64,000 bases of DNA from contig CM059432.1 in assembly GCA_030390025.1 (NCBI GenBank), positions 122,142,001 through 122,206,000 of the forward strand. The letters run 5' to 3'. The notes below the pieces were generated by a model. The model saw nothing but the letters and a program-made list of their open reading frames with translations, was not told the DNA's origin and did not search any database. How positions within the stretch are numbered: position 1 is the stretch's first letter; every line of letters begins with the position of its first letter. This document shows positions 11,406 to 24,450 of this stretch, piece by piece. The translations under genes were made by a program, and so were the position numbers. The DNA is from Squalus acanthias. Its lineage: Eukaryota.

Positions 11406-13132
11406 GGCCACGATTTTGCTGGCGCTCAGCGGACGGGATGGGTCATGGGGAACACGCTGTCAAATCCGCACACCTGCATTTCCCGATGTTGGGTCTGCCA
11501 GTGCTGAGCAGAACCAACAGGCAGCGGTGGGGGACCCAATTCAAATTATTAGTGGCTTGTTTACAGCCACTTAATGTTTTTATTGCCAGCTTTTTGGATT
11601 TGACAGGTCGCCCACCGGTTTCCCGCTGTGCCTAGACCTCGTCTGTGAAGCTGAGGCGGGAGGTCAGTGGCCATTGAATCAGCTGATGAGTTGATTGTTT
11701 GATCAAGTCAGAGCTCCCAGCTGATTGAAACATGTTCCCTTACCACTAGCTTCTCTAAACTGCATTTCTACTATAGATTCACCATGCTGCAAGTCTTTAC
11801 ACAAGTCTCCATCCAGTCTGACCTCATTACCTCTCCCACCATTGACAGATCGCTTCTGTCATCTCTACTTCATTTGCCATCTATTCCATCAGCATGGGTG
11901 CACTTTATACTCTCTCACCTTGGTCCTCAGAATCCCACCATGATCAGCCCCAACACCAGCATCACCAGGCACACCAGCAGCACCAACAACCACACCAACC
12001 ATCTCTGCAATCAACTGATGCTGCACAGGACAGAGGGCATCAGCACCCGACCACATTGCTGCCCAGGAGGCCAGGGATGGCCTCACCATGGCCAGATTTA
12101 CTTCACTTGACGCTGCACACCCTGGCTGCCACATGATGCGCCAGGTTGGCACCACCCCACACCAACAACATAAAGCATCCCTACAATGCCCAAGCCATTC
12201 CTTTCACACTCATCACCATTGCGGGGGGTACCGTTATGTCTCACCATTCACTGCAACTCACTAAGCCACTTCCAAAGGTGCATACAAATCTGTCCAAGGA
12301 CGCAAACTGTTGAAAATATAGATTTCCATATTTCACAGCACGTTAACAGAAACTTTACATGAACATTGGCTAAAACACCCAAATGCCTACCCTTGTGTGT
12401 TGTTAGTTGGTGTGATTGCACTCAGATGAGGGTGAGTGTGAAGGGTGGCTAGTGAGATGGGGATGTGATAATGTAGATAGAGAGGGATGGGTGGAGGTGC
12501 AAGGTAAGTTGGTGTGAGTAAGGATGTGCAGGAGTAGAGTAGGGAAGGCAGAGTAATGAGGATGTGATGAGTGGCACAGCAGGATGAGGTTGAGTGTGGC
12601 TTTGCAGTAACGTTTCGTGATCTACTGAGATCATTGAAAGATTTGCGCCACTGCAGCCTGCTCCTTCTTACAACATCCCTGCTTGTGTCCTCCTGTGCAA
12701 TGTGCAACCAGGCTGCGTTGATCTTCTGTGGAGGTTTCTTCCGCCCATGGGAAGGGAAGAGGACCTCCCTGCGTGCTGTGAGTCCCTCCATAAGCATATG
12801 GAGGGAGTCATGGTAGAGCCTGGGTGCAGCCCTGTGCTTTTGTGCAGTGCTTGTCAGTGTTTGCAGCACCTCAATGCTGTAGAACACTGACATCACAAAT
12901 GTCAAAGTAAATTTGCGCATGGTCCCTTTAAGGAAACCGGCTGATGACACGTCATTAAATGATGTCATCAGACCCACTTCCTTCAATTGGCCCGGGAAAC
13001 ACGCTGGGCGGGCTTACCCAGCCCAATCAGGGGAAAGTCATGTCGGAGGCCGGGATGGAGCCAGCAGCGGGGTCGGGACCCGCCACCAACGTCGCCCGCC
13101 ACGGATCCGCCCAGGTAGGGAAAATCGCGACC
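11406..13132. mobile_element. Internally deleted PIF/Harbinger transposon
   Basis: Imperfect TIR GGCCACGATTTT / AAAATCGCGACC; transposase N-terminus (11894+, MGALYTLSPWSSES..DAAQDRG, homologous to the 31129 ORF); Myb exon 1 on - (12610-12850). Confidence 0.85.
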
Positions 13133-13159
13133 TAAGACTCTGAGACTAAATCTAATGCT

Positions 13160-13275
13160 GACTGCCATCTCTGCTAAAACTAGCTAAGTCAGCACAGACT
13201 AGGGATTGAGTCTGAGACCTTCTTGATTGGTATAGCTCAGTACCACACCACGCGTTAATATTTCCACTCACTGCC
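13160..13275 (-). mobile_element. LF-SINE-like 5' relic
   Basis: Reverse complement gtggtgtggtactgagctatacc..aagaaggtctcagactcaatccctagtctgtgctgacttagct resembles the LF-SINE head as I recall it. Confidence 0.55.
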
Positions 13276-14449
13276 TATAAATTGTCACTAATCAGCAGCA
13301 AATTGTCATTGACACTCAGAAAAGCCATAAAGGTGGAAGTGTCACACTGGTGAAGTATCGGGTGGCCGTCTAAGGCTGGGGCTCTTCAGCAGATAAAGAT
13401 TTACCATGCATCTGACTTGTGGAAAACCAGTTCAGGGTATGCCCAATGTTGAAACTTGCTGCCAAACATACAAAACTGATAAGCTCTGCAGCACTGATGT
13501 CCCTTGCCTTAATGATCACAAAATCTCAGCAGAAAATGTAAAAATATCTTCATATATTACACCGTCCCCTGTGACACATTGTGCATATTTTCATTGCTTT
13601 CGCTTTTGGGGGATAAAATTAGTTTTTGGCAGAGGAAAAAAATAATATTTAAAATGCAAAGCCAACTCAGTCTGATGTTTAGATATTCTCTCTCACACGT
13701 TCATATGCAACAAAATATTGATTTATAAAAATGATTATGTCTAATTTGACTCCAACCTTATTAATATGGTGGAAAAATATATTACTTAAAAGTGTTTTAA
13801 AATAAAATAAACCTCAATTCTAATCATCAGTAAGGACCTACTTAGATGTTGCCTGCAGCATTGTTTCTATGCTTGGGCCACCATCACTGTTTTACTTTAA
13901 AATCAAGATTAAAGGTATTCACGAAGGAATAGCAGGCACTGTGAGCTGTGCATACTAATGTCCTGTATTGGTTACATCTTATGTTTGAACAATATTCACA
14001 CAGCTGCTTGTGTGCTCCCTGCCGTATTGAGCCCGCAGGCACTAGCTTGAGCCATCACCAGAATCTCAGAAATAAAGATCAGCTGATAAACAAATTGATT
14101 CGTCCACACCAGTAAACTTTAAATGAAGAATTTATAGAGGCCTTCACACAGGTATAAATATCCGGGGAAATAGGTGTCATATTATGAGTATGATCGATAA
14201 TCTCACAAAACGAATGACTCACAAGAGTCGATATCAATGCTGTTAGAATCACAAGTTTGCAAATCAAATATTATATGACAACTCAAAGATGCTAAAATCA
14301 AGCACTCTCTGTCAATTCAGGCATGCCAAATAACGATGATCAAAGAAGTACACCTATTTTTATTCATAGCTAATTTTTTTGGTACAATTTTGTACTTGTC
14401 AATATTACAGATGTCAGCACAGGGGAATGGAACACTTTGCACTTGTAAT

Positions 14450-14894
14450 AAAGAAAGAACTTGTGCCTTTCACGACCTCAGGATGTCCCAAAGCGCTTTA
14501 CAGCCAATGAAGTACTTTTGAAGTGTAGTCACTGTTGTAATGGTAGGAAACACGGCAGCCAATCTGCACACAGTAAGCTCCCACAAACAGCAATGTGATA
14601 ATGACCGGATAATGTGTAGTAATTGTTGGTTGAGGGATAAATGTTGGCCATGACACCAGGGAGAACTCCCCTGCTCTTCTTCAAAATGTTGCCGTGGGAT
14701 CTTTTACATCCACCTGAGAGAGCAGACGGGGCCTCGGTTTAACGTCTCATCCGAAAGACAGGAACTCCAACAATGTAGCACTCCCTCAGCACTGCACTGG
14801 AGTGTCAGCCTAGATTTTGTGCACAAGTCCCTGGAGTGGGACTATGAACCCACAACCTTCTGACTTGAGCGCTACCACTGAATTACGGTTGACA
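14450..14894 (-). mobile_element. Deu-domain tRNA SINE (SacSINE1-like)
   Basis: tRNA-like head, Deu core GATGAGACGTTAAACCGAGGCCCCGTCTGCTCTCTCAGGTGGATGTAAAAGATCCC, L2-like tail. Confidence 0.85.
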
Positions 14895-15175
14895 ATTGTT
14901 AGCGTAAAGCACTTCCTCATCAGGCATGCTGAAGCCAGCTCTGGATTTAAGCTCCCTGTGCTCTGCATCAACCTCATCAGTGTGAATTTCTTTCCTCTTC
15001 CTATTGCTAGCCAAGTATGGAAATAGCACACTTCTCTTCGTGATAGTAACAATTCAGTGAAGCAGCTGTGTGCCCACTAGAAACAGGATTAGGACCTTTT
15101 CACAGCAGTGCAAGGAGATTTTCATTCCATGAGGGTCTCTTAGTGGGAAACAGGTGAGAGGTGGGCGAGGCAAGA

Positions 15176-15282
15176 AAAGAAAGAACTTGCATTTATATAG
15201 CGCCTTTACGACATCAGGATGTCCCAAAGCGCTTTACAGCCAGTGAAGTACTTTTGATGTGTAGTCACTGTTGTAATATAGG
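15176..15282 (-). mobile_element. Deu SINE 3' tail fragment
   Basis: Matches 14450-14545. Confidence 0.7.
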
Positions 15283-15529
15283 AAAGATTAGGCAAGAGCA
15301 GCCGTCATCCAGAGGAGACAACGGGGGCCCCAGCTCGGTTTCCAAGTTTAGCACGATGAAGGCAAGCTGCCAGTGGGAAACACGCCCCCATAGGCAGCTT
15401 GCCAATTAAGCAAAGAGAAATTGGGTGCAAGTTCTTAAGGACCAGCAGCAGCTTAAAGGGGAAGTGCTTTTTTTTCTGGCAATAAAAAAGTAACACTGTG
15501 GAGCTGCAGGAAGGTGTCTGCGGGCAACA

Positions 15530-15700
15530 TGAGTTCCAGGTGGACTCCAAGCTTTTCAGATGCTGGTAGACCGTGCAAGCAACAAAAAGGAAATTCTTTT
15601 CCCCATGGATGGTAGTCAGGTACCACGGCTATTGATCAACAGACATGGCAAGAAGTGGCACAACACATTAATGTCATCAACATTTTCACCAGGTGCCAAG
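15530..15700 (+). pseudogene. Degraded Harbinger Myb exon 1
   Basis: MLVDRASNKKEILFP...TWQEVAQHIN followed by a gtaata donor. Confidence 0.55.
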
Positions 15701-16519
15701 GTAATATGTTCCTTCACATCTCTCACACTTTCTGCATAATCTGTCAAGGTAATTTCCTTAGCCTCAGCAACTATCAATGCTTCCCTTTCCCACTTGTCAC
15801 GGCTCTCCATAAGTCAGCAGAAAAGTCTTCACTGCATCTCCTTTCTGCTTGCATTTACACCCATAAAAGCTGCCCTCACAACAATTTCTCCCTTGACCTC
15901 ACTTTCTGCTTCATACTGTCATTATGAACACTGAAGTAAGCTTGCTAATACATGTCGAAAACTTTTGCTTAATTGTTGACCAATTGCTGTAGTACCCATC
16001 TACCATCCAACTGGCTGCAGGCAACTGTTGGCTCCCTCCCACTTCCTTGCTACCCTCTATTTCATCAGTCCCTCATCATGCTGAAGGTGCCTCCATGTGC
16101 TGTCCCCGTTGCAGTGCAAAGTTAAGCAGCGCGCAGCAAACCACTTTCATACGGGACACTTTGTGAGTTGTATTGCAGGAAGCCACCAAACCTGTCCAGG
16201 CATCGGAATTGTTGTTTGAGGACTCCAGTGGTCTACTTGATGGAGTTCTGCAGCCGAGTCTGAGTTCCTAAGAGGAGTTATGAGCCAAATGTGGAGAGGA
16301 TTGTCCTTGGCTCCAAGGAACCAGTCTTTATCTGTCTATGCAGGAGCAAACAGTAAGGGGGATGGATGTTGGGTAATTGTCCATTGAAAAAAAGAGAGCA
16401 CCAATTGTTTTTGTGTTTGTAAGTACAAACACGACACAATTATAGACTATGTTCAAGTGTAAAATTACACTTTTGGACGGAGTGTGATGTGGAGTGACGT
16501 GACCATAGAGCTAAAGATT

Positions 16520-17062
16520 TCACACTCTATTACGATACTTGAGGTCATCCAAAACTCGACTGCCCGTGTCCTAACCCGCACCAAGTCCCGTTCGCCCATC
16601 ACCCCTGTACTCACTGACCTACATTGGCTCCCGGTTAAGCAGCGCCTCGATTTCAAAATTCTCATCCTTGTTTTCAAATCCCTCCATGGCCTCGGCCCTT
16701 CCTATCTCTGTAATCTCCTTCAGCCCCACAACCCCCTGAGATATCTGCGCTCCTCTAATTCTGCCCTCCTGAGCATCCCTGATTACAATCGCTCAACCTA
16801 TGGTGGCCGTGCCTTCTGTTGCCTAGGCCCTAAGCTCTGGAATTCCCTGCCTAAACCTTTCCGTCTCTCTACCGCTCTTTCCTCCTTTAAGACGCTCCTT
16901 AAAACCTACCTCTTTGACCAAGCTTTTGATCACCTGCCCTAATTTATCCTTATGTGACTCGGTGTCAAATTTGTTGTCTTAAAATACTCCTGTGCAGCGC
17001 CTTGGGACGTTTTACTACGTTAAAGGCGCTATATAAATACAAGAATGTTGTTGTTGTTGTTG
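16520..17062 (+). mobile_element. L2 LINE 3' fragment
   Basis: IQNSTARVLT..ITPVLTDLHWLPV..LWNSLP..LKTYLF; (TTG)n tail. Confidence 0.9.
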
Positions 17063-17230
17063 ATACCACAAGACTGTACATTGCAGATTATAGTGAACTG
17101 CCTGGCTCAGTTCTGTCAGTTTCTTTCACAATTTCAAAGATGTCAATTACATTCAGCTCAGAATCTTGTCTTTTGCAAAGAAACAATACCAATTTCTTTA
17201 ACATTTTCTCATTACTTAATCATACTTAGA

Positions 17231-17580
17231 TGTCAACCTTGGCTCAGTGGTAGCACTCTTGCCTCTGGCTCAGAAGACTGTGGGCTCATAATCCCACTCC
17301 ATGGACTTGAGCACATAATCTAGTCTACTGGAATGCCGTCTTTCAGACGAGACATTATACCGAGGCCCTATCTGCCCTCAGGCCGGTGTAAAAGATCCCA
17401 TGGTACTATTTCAAAGAAGAGCAGGAGAGTTCCCCCCAGTGTCCTGGCCAATATTTATCGCTTAACCAACATCACTGCTTATTTGATCATGTATCTACAG
17501 TGACTACACTTCAAAAGTACTTCATTGGCTGTAAAGTGCTTTGGAACGTCCTGAGGCGCTATATAAACACAAGACTTTTT
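17231..17580 (+). mobile_element. Deu SINE, internally deleted
   Basis: tggctcagtggtagc head, Deu core and L2-like tail. Confidence 0.8.
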
Positions 17581-17584
17581 ACTT

Positions 17585-17975
17585 TAATTTAAATTCCTAA
17601 TACCTGGAATGATCTTTATGGTTCCCCTTTGTGGACTCTTAAGGACAATAATATCTTTCCTATGAGTAGAGGACCAGAACTGCACACAGATAGGATCTGA
17701 GCAATGATTTAAACAGAAACAGTAATACCTCATTAGATTTGTACTGTACTCTGTTCCTCTGCTAATACAACCCAATACCTTATTTGCATTATTTAATGCA
17801 GCGAATGTGCAGACAGTTTTATAGATATATTCACTGTAATCCTTAAGCCTCTTTCCTGATCAGCACATTGGGCCATTGTTCCATTTACACATACTCTTTC
17901 AGTTCCTTGTTCCCATATTCATTATTTTGTACTTCTCTCCATTGAATTGCATGGTGCTCCACTTAGCTCAGTTAC
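17585..17975 (-). mobile_element. Old degraded CR1 fragment
   Basis: GCISRGTEY..CVQFWS..RKDI remnant. Confidence 0.6.
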
Positions 17976-17984
17976 CAGCAATCT

Positions 17985-18790
17985 TAGTTTATATAGCACC
18001 TTTTAGTGTAGAATAACTTCCCAAGGCGCTTCAGAGAAACATAATAATGCAAAAATGGATGCTGAGCCAAAGTAGGAAATATTCGCGGGGTGACCAAAAG
18101 CTTGGTCAAAGAGGTGTGTTTTAAGGTGGCCCTTAAAGGGGTTAAGAAGAGTGGGAGGTGAGAAGTGGACAGATTTAGGGAAAGAGCATAGGGCACAGAA
18201 GGAAAGCAGGAAAGGCTGCATGAGAAGCCAGGTTGTAGGGCTGCAAGAGGTTACAGAGATAGGGAGGGGTGAAGCCACAAAGGGATTTAAAAATGAGGAT
18301 GAGAATTTTACATTGGAGGTGTACAGGGATCGGAAGCCAATGCAAGGACAGGAGTAATGGATGAATGGTACTTGGTATGGGATAGGATAGTTTTGCAGCA
18401 GAGTTTTGGATGAGGTGAAGTTTACAGAGTGTGGAGGATGGGTGCTCAGCCAGGAGAGCATTGGAATAGGCAAGTCTAATGGTGACAAAAAACATGCATG
18501 AGGATTTCAGCAGCAGATGGGCTGAGGCAGGCAGAGTTAAGCAATGTTACGGAGACAGCAGTAGGTGGTCTCTGTAATGGAGAGGGTAGTGAGCTGTAAG
18601 CTCAGCTCGAGGTTGAATAGAACGCTGAAGTTGTGAACAGTCTGGTTCAGCCTGAGACACTGGCTGGGCAGGGGTGTGGCGTTTGTGGGAGGGTGCGGAC
18701 TTTATGGCAGGGGCCGAAGATGATGACTTCAATCATTCCAATGTTTAGCGAGAGGAAATTGCCGCTGATCCAATATTGAATGTTGGACAA
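17985..18790 (-). mobile_element. L2 LINE 3' fragment
   Basis: RLAYSNALL..IQNSAA..LHWLP..LKTHLFDQAF. Confidence 0.8.
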
Positions 18791-19109
18791 GCTGATGCTC
18801 TTTAATCTGGTGTGATTTGCCTGGAAGGGATTTTGATTGTTGGGTCACGTTGAATATTCCCGTAAATGCTTTCTGCTCCCTTCTGTAGATCTCCAACCAT
18901 TATTGTGTTCCAATTGATCATTTTTAACCCATTAGTGGCATTTCTCCTGGATGATTCACAAATTTCTAAGCCCTGATTTTAATTGGGGCATGAATCGGGC
19001 AGGAGGCCCATATGTCATCATTGGCGTGACGCCTGTGCAATGTTAACCCCTGGGCCTTATTTCCATTTGACTGACGAGCTGCCCTTACTGGTTAAGCCTC
19101 AACTGGAGT

Positions 19110-19450
19110 ATGGAGTTTCCGACCCCATATCCTCTCCATCACCACAACCGCCTACTTTCACCTATGTATCATTGCCGGTCTCTGCCCCTGCCTCAGCTCA
19201 TCTCCTGCTGAAACCATCATCCATGCCTTTGTTATCTCTAGACTCGACTATTCTAATGCACTCTTGGCTGGCATCCCACCTTGCATCCTCCATAAACTTG
19301 AGCTCATCCAATACTCTGCTGCTCATTCACTCATCATTGACCTACATTGGCTCCCGTTCCGGCAACGCCTCGACTTTAAAATTTTCATCCTTGTTTTCAA
19401 ATCCCTCCATAGCCTCTCTATCTCTGTAACCTCCTCCAGCCCTACAACCC
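19110..19450 (+). mobile_element. L2 fragment inside a degraded Harbinger-like element (~18970-19862)
   Basis: AGIPPCILHKLELIQYSAA..DLHWLP; GC-rich flanks with GATTTT/AAAATC ends. Confidence 0.65.
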
Positions 19451-20534
19451 TCCCAGTGGCAAGCCAAAGACCTCTCAGGCGGCAGTTTACAGGGCCTTCT
19501 GGATGCTGCTCTCCTTGGGCAGGTCCTTGCGCCAGTTCTTTACAGGCACCTCTACACTGATGTCCCCAGTGAACATTCCCACAAGAAACTGAGGCAGAAG
19601 TCTGTGAATGCCCCCGTCCTCCTCATTATCACCCAAACTCCGGGGCTGCATATACAACAGGCAAAGGCCCACTTACTTCAACTGGCAGCAGCCAGAAGGC
19701 CCTGATGGCAACAGCCTGGAATTCAGCAACAGGCATGAGAGGCCTGCATCTGTGCTTCAATCTTCTCCCCAGTGTTCAGGCTCAAGGCTTAGCCTTGGGG
19801 AGGTTTCTGCACCTTGAGCCTGGATCTTGCAAAAAATGGCGTGGGGCAGGAAAATCATGGGATCCTGTGCTGTGCCTTTTGGACACACAACAGGTGCCAA
19901 TAGAGGAAAACTAGTCTATCTTTTTTATACCCTTACTTCATGCAGTGGATTTGTAATAACTAGCACCTGAACAGGTGGCTATTCGCCATGGTCCATGTCT
20001 CATAAACATTCCCCTCTGGCCCCTATGAAACACCAATGCCACTCAGCAACACAAAATAGCTTTGTTCCAAAGAAAACCATTTGCTCTGAATTTTTAATGA
20101 ATAGTTTATGCTGTATAAAACACTGAAAAAATGAAATACTTTATTTTATATATTTTTTCAACTGCTTATGCCTCACACTTATTTGGAAAACCTCCATCTT
20201 GTTCTCACAATACACTCTGGACACTGTTGTCCCACAAGAGCAGGCTTAAGTGAAGGGCAATTCCCTTCACTTTCATTCCCAAACACACATGTTTATAAAC
20301 GCACTCACACTCACACACACAAATACACTCTCACACACACTCACACTCCAACAAACACACACATGTGTTTGAAGAAATTATTTAAGTGATGTGATTGATG
20401 GGTTTTGTGTCACTTGTTGGTTTGTGAATGGTACCTTTGAAAAACAAATTGAAGGACTGATTTTAATTTTTGTTGGTTATTCATTCATCATTGGTAATTT
20501 TTTCTATTTTTAACTCACTCAGATTTAAATCTTA

Positions 20535-20642
20535 CATTACAACAGTGACTACACTTCAGAAAAAGTACTTCATTGGCTGTAAAGCACTTTGGAACGTCCG
20601 GTGGTCGTGAAAGGTGCTATATAAATGCAAGTCTTTCTTTTT
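20535..20642 (+). mobile_element. Deu SINE 3' tail fragment
   Basis: acattacaacagtgactacacttc...tatataaatgcaagtctttcttt. Confidence 0.75.
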
Positions 20643-20704
20643 TTTAATCAATCAGACTTTTTGTAACTTAACAGATAAGTAGTTTGTTTACCAATCATAA
20701 TTTT

Positions 20705-20897
20705 TGAAGTGTGATACTATGAGGTGTGACATTCTCAAGTAGAATGCTCAAAGGTGTGACACATGTGAGATGTGACACTTTTGAGGTGTGACGCTGTCAG
20801 GTGCGATGCTGTGAGGTGTGACAATCCTAGGTGTGATGATCTGACTTGCGACACCTCTGAGGTCACACTTTCAGATGTGACACCTTTGACGCATGAC
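20705..20897 (+). repeat. Degenerate ~15-bp minisatellite with GAGGTGTGAC core
   Basis: AGGTGTGA at 20722, 20752, 20784, 20814 and 20829, plus degenerate units. Confidence 0.75.
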
Positions 20898-21173
20898 TTT
20901 TAGTTGTTTAGATTTTACATCTTCTCAAAGCCTGCTCTTTTAAAATCTTAGGTTTTTGTGTCCCTTTCCTCATGAGTATTTCTGTTCTATTGCTACAATC
21001 AGTGGACCTTAGGCACTTGCCCACTTCGATCTCATTTCAGCCGCTAATGCAGTCAACATACTGCACTATGGCAACATCCAGACTAACTTTGTGCAGGTCG
21101 ATGACAGCAATTTGCCCCATTATATCTACTTTGGACAAAATTGCTTAAACTCCCTTTTACATACAAGGACAAT

Positions 21174-21938
21174 GGGCCAGAAATTCGGCTCCCTGGCTTC
21201 CCGCGGATGCAAGGATCGCACGCGCACCTACCTACCTACCGCGCCTGCCGTTGACCTCTGGGCCCACAGGGACTTCAGCTCCTGGGCCTCCTGCAGCTGC
21301 CGGCGCGCAGTGCTTGTGTATCCCAGGGGCGTAGTTAGTGCGATGTGTCCCCTGGGATTACGTGGGCCACGGAGAGCCAATGGCAGCAGACCATCTTTCA
21401 TTCATAGATTTGACAGGACCTGTCAAATCTATGAATACAGATCGGCCCCAAAACATCCCTAAAACTACAAATACATTTTTAAAAAAACATCACATTTTTA
21501 AAATAACTATAAATTACATTAATTAACTATTTTAAACAAAAATTTAAATTTTTGAAAAAATTAATTACATTTTTTAACGGGGCTAAAACTAAACTTACCT
21601 TTCTTTAAAGTAATTAAAAATGATAAATCTGTGAAAAAAATGTTTAAATTTAATAAAATCAACACTTACCTTGTTAAAAGAAGGCCTTGCGCATCCTTTT
21701 TAAAAGTGTATCTTCTCCGTGCTTACCTTCACGGAGGAACCTGTAAAAAAATCCGAAGTGTGAGGCGAACGCGCTGGCCCTCCAGCGTGCGCGTTCGACC
21801 TCTGAACCCTTTCCTCAGGGGAACGGAAGTGCCGGTTTCCCGCGCATGCGCAGTGCATGCGCGAAACCGGCACTTTTGTTCCGTCCACGGGTGAGTACAC
21901 AGTGCGTACTCACCCGACAACAGCCGAATTTCTGCCCC
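21174..21938. mobile_element. Harbinger-type MITE (palindrome/AT-core family)
   Basis: 17-bp TIR GGGCCAGAAATTCGGCT / AGCCGAATTTCTGCCCC; flanks aat/att. Confidence 0.85.
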
Positions 21939-21983
21939 ATTATCTTTAGACAAATCTTGTCCTTGAGCCATGTCAGACCCTGG

Positions 21984-22084
21984 CTGATGAAAGGTCATCG
22001 ACCTGAAACGTTAACTCTGTTTCTCTCTCACAGATGCTGCTTGATCTGCTGAGTGTTTCCAGCATTTACTGTTTATATTTCAGA
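21984..22084 (+). mobile_element. Short PLE terminus starting at a hammerhead core
   Basis: CTGATGAAAGGTCATCGACCTGAAACGTTAACT followed by PLE end sequence as in 361-437. Confidence 0.8.
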
Positions 22085-22929
22085 CTCTGGCCGCATTGAC
22101 AGCCCTATGGTCGATCCATCTGGTAAAAGTTTTCGTTTCAGGTTCCAATTTTTCTCTAACGATCATTTGCATAGCATTTGCAAAACCATTTGGTCATTTG
22201 TAGAGTTAATACAAAAACTCGAGAGGACGTTCAAAGATCAGCAATGGTTTTTATCAGCTTAGGCCTTCAGAGTGCAGCCTGGACACCAAAGCAATAAACA
22301 TTGTAAGACCACCTCATCATACGGCCAGTTATATTTAAAATGGCAAGCCAATTTTTTTTTTGTTTTTATCCCTCAGAGCGCCATGAATAAGCTGGCTGAT
22401 TCGGGTACCGTCAGCTTCCACAGGCTCTGCTGGCAATATGCTACCTGCTTTGTCAGATAGAAAGGCATCAAAGTCAGACCTGGATCAATCTCAGTGATCT
22501 TCCAAGTGCCAGCTTCTATTACTGAAAAAATCTGCTTTGAAAACTAATTCTCAGCCACTCAAGATCCAGATTTTCCTGTTCTTTTTGCCAACGTTCTGCT
22601 CTATGATGAAGGTACTGACTTACGCTTCGGTAAGGATGCACAGGTACTAACAGCACTCCTGTACTTCACCGAGTGGCCATACTTCATTCTTGATGCAGCC
22701 TGTTCCCGTTATCTCTGTCCTGCAGCGTTTACTTCCGTCTCTCGCTGTTGCCGAGTGCATTTTCAGCCGCTCACGTGCTCCCCAGTCCATTCCTGGTCGC
22801 TCCGCCCCCGAGGCAGCTTTTCCAGCCTGCGTCCTGCACAACTGCTTGACCCATATTCTGCCGCAGCCTGCTCGGTACTGCCGGACCCGCCCACTGCCCA
22901 GCTCATTCTGAGCCTGCACCCCTATCTCT

Positions 22930-23352
22930 TTCTTCCCCGCCCGGCCCACCTGCTGTCAAGCACACTCGGGGCCAGCAGAAGCCCATAAATAGGTTATTTA
23001 AATTTATTTTTTTGTTTCCTTGTGGACCGGGAGTGATCCTCTGGGCTCCACGATGGAACCTTGGGACTCCCCTAACCCCGGGCTTCTCTCTCCTTCCCCC
23101 ACCCCTCTCGACCGTGATACCTGACTGCTGGGGACCATTCTTTCCGGTCCCCAGTGGCAACCTCCTGCCACCCGTAATCCCTCTCCACCCTGTCGGCCGG
23201 ATGCCTCTATTCCACCGGGTTCAGGGTGGAGGACTGACAGGACCCAGGCGGATGAGGAGTTAAAATCTCTCAGGCCTCATCCTGCCGAGGGTCAGACAGT
23301 TCTCCGCCCGCTTTGACCCCCGCCTGCACGACTCGCGTCAAGAGTTAAAATT
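22930..23352. mobile_element. GC-rich MITE-like fragment, inverted homolog of 23424-24123
   Basis: Shares the TTTCCTTGTGG..CCAC hairpin segment; ends AGAGTTAAAAT. Confidence 0.5.
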
Positions 23353-23423
23353 TGTATTTTCAATGAGTTCAAGTCCAATATGTTATGACAGGGGCAGAAG
23401 CACAGACAGCAGGAGAGACGAAA

Positions 23424-24123
23424 GCCTCGATTTTAACTTGGGCCGTAACTGCGGCCTATGTGGGCGCCGATACATCTGGCTCCTCGCAACGTGAGGCCCA
23501 GGCCATTTTACCTCCCAGGACTCATTTTAATTTCTCCACGCTGAATCCCGCCCCAAGCCAGTGGGGATGACATGAGGCCGGCGGGTGGGAGCGGGAAACC
23601 ACGCAGCTGCAGGTGGCAGCCCGGAACTTATAAGATATGTGAGGAGTGGGGGGGGGGGGGTCCGACACGATTGCGGTCGGAGGAGGAGGGGGCAAAGCCT
23701 GGGGCCGAGGACGTGCCAGGTTTCCTTGTGAGGCCAGGAGGAGCATTGCTGCTTGTCCTGGTCCACAAGGAAACGTTAAAACTGGGCCACTTCTGGCTGC
23801 GATCCTGCTAGCTGGCGGCATTTGCTGGCGGCTCCGGGACTGTGAGCGATTCGCGCATCTGAATGCTAAATTGCCATTGGGGTTCGAATTGCAATATCAG
23901 ACCTCGTCATGTAAATAGTTATGAGGTCCCCGTCTGCCTGTGGCGGGGGTGGGGGGGAGGGGGGGGGAACGGGGTGGGGGGTCCCTTGACTCTGTCAAAA
24001 AACCGAGGAGTTAAAATGGCGTGGGACGCGAATACCTCGGGAATGCATTGGGTAGTGCCCGGCCGCCATTTTAAACCCCTGCACGCATTGTTCTCGCCAT
24101 GCGGGCAGAGTTAAAATCACTGC
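23424..24123. mobile_element. GC-rich MITE
   Basis: TIR GCCTCGATTTTAACT / AGTTAAAATCACTGC; internal hairpin at 23724-23770. Confidence 0.65.
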
Positions 24124-24450
24124 TTGAGTGTCTGAGGCTGTTTTATTTGAAGCATGGTCACACTTTGTAATGTGATCAATACCATTCCTCTTGCATTGAG
24201 CTGGTTGAGGTACTTTAGTGGCAATGTCCGCACTAATGGTGGCCAGAAGTGTACAGCTTAACGGCCGAGTATCAAAGCAGCAATCAATCCAACAGATGGA
24301 AGAGCAGAACAGAGTCTAAAACAATGGATAATCCAAGCAGGAATCAATAGATGTTTGACTATTGCAGCACCTCAAGGGAAAATAATGAAAAGTTATTCTT
24401 TCAAGCAGACATTCAATAAATACAACAGATCATCCTCCGCCACCTCCAGC

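Noticed and set aside
14830..14894. tRNA gene
   Set aside because: This is the tRNA-derived head of a SINE, continuous with the Deu core.
22350..22620. Strong polypyrimidine acceptor (tttttatccctcag)
   Set aside because: All frames hit stops before a good donor; no recognisable peptide.
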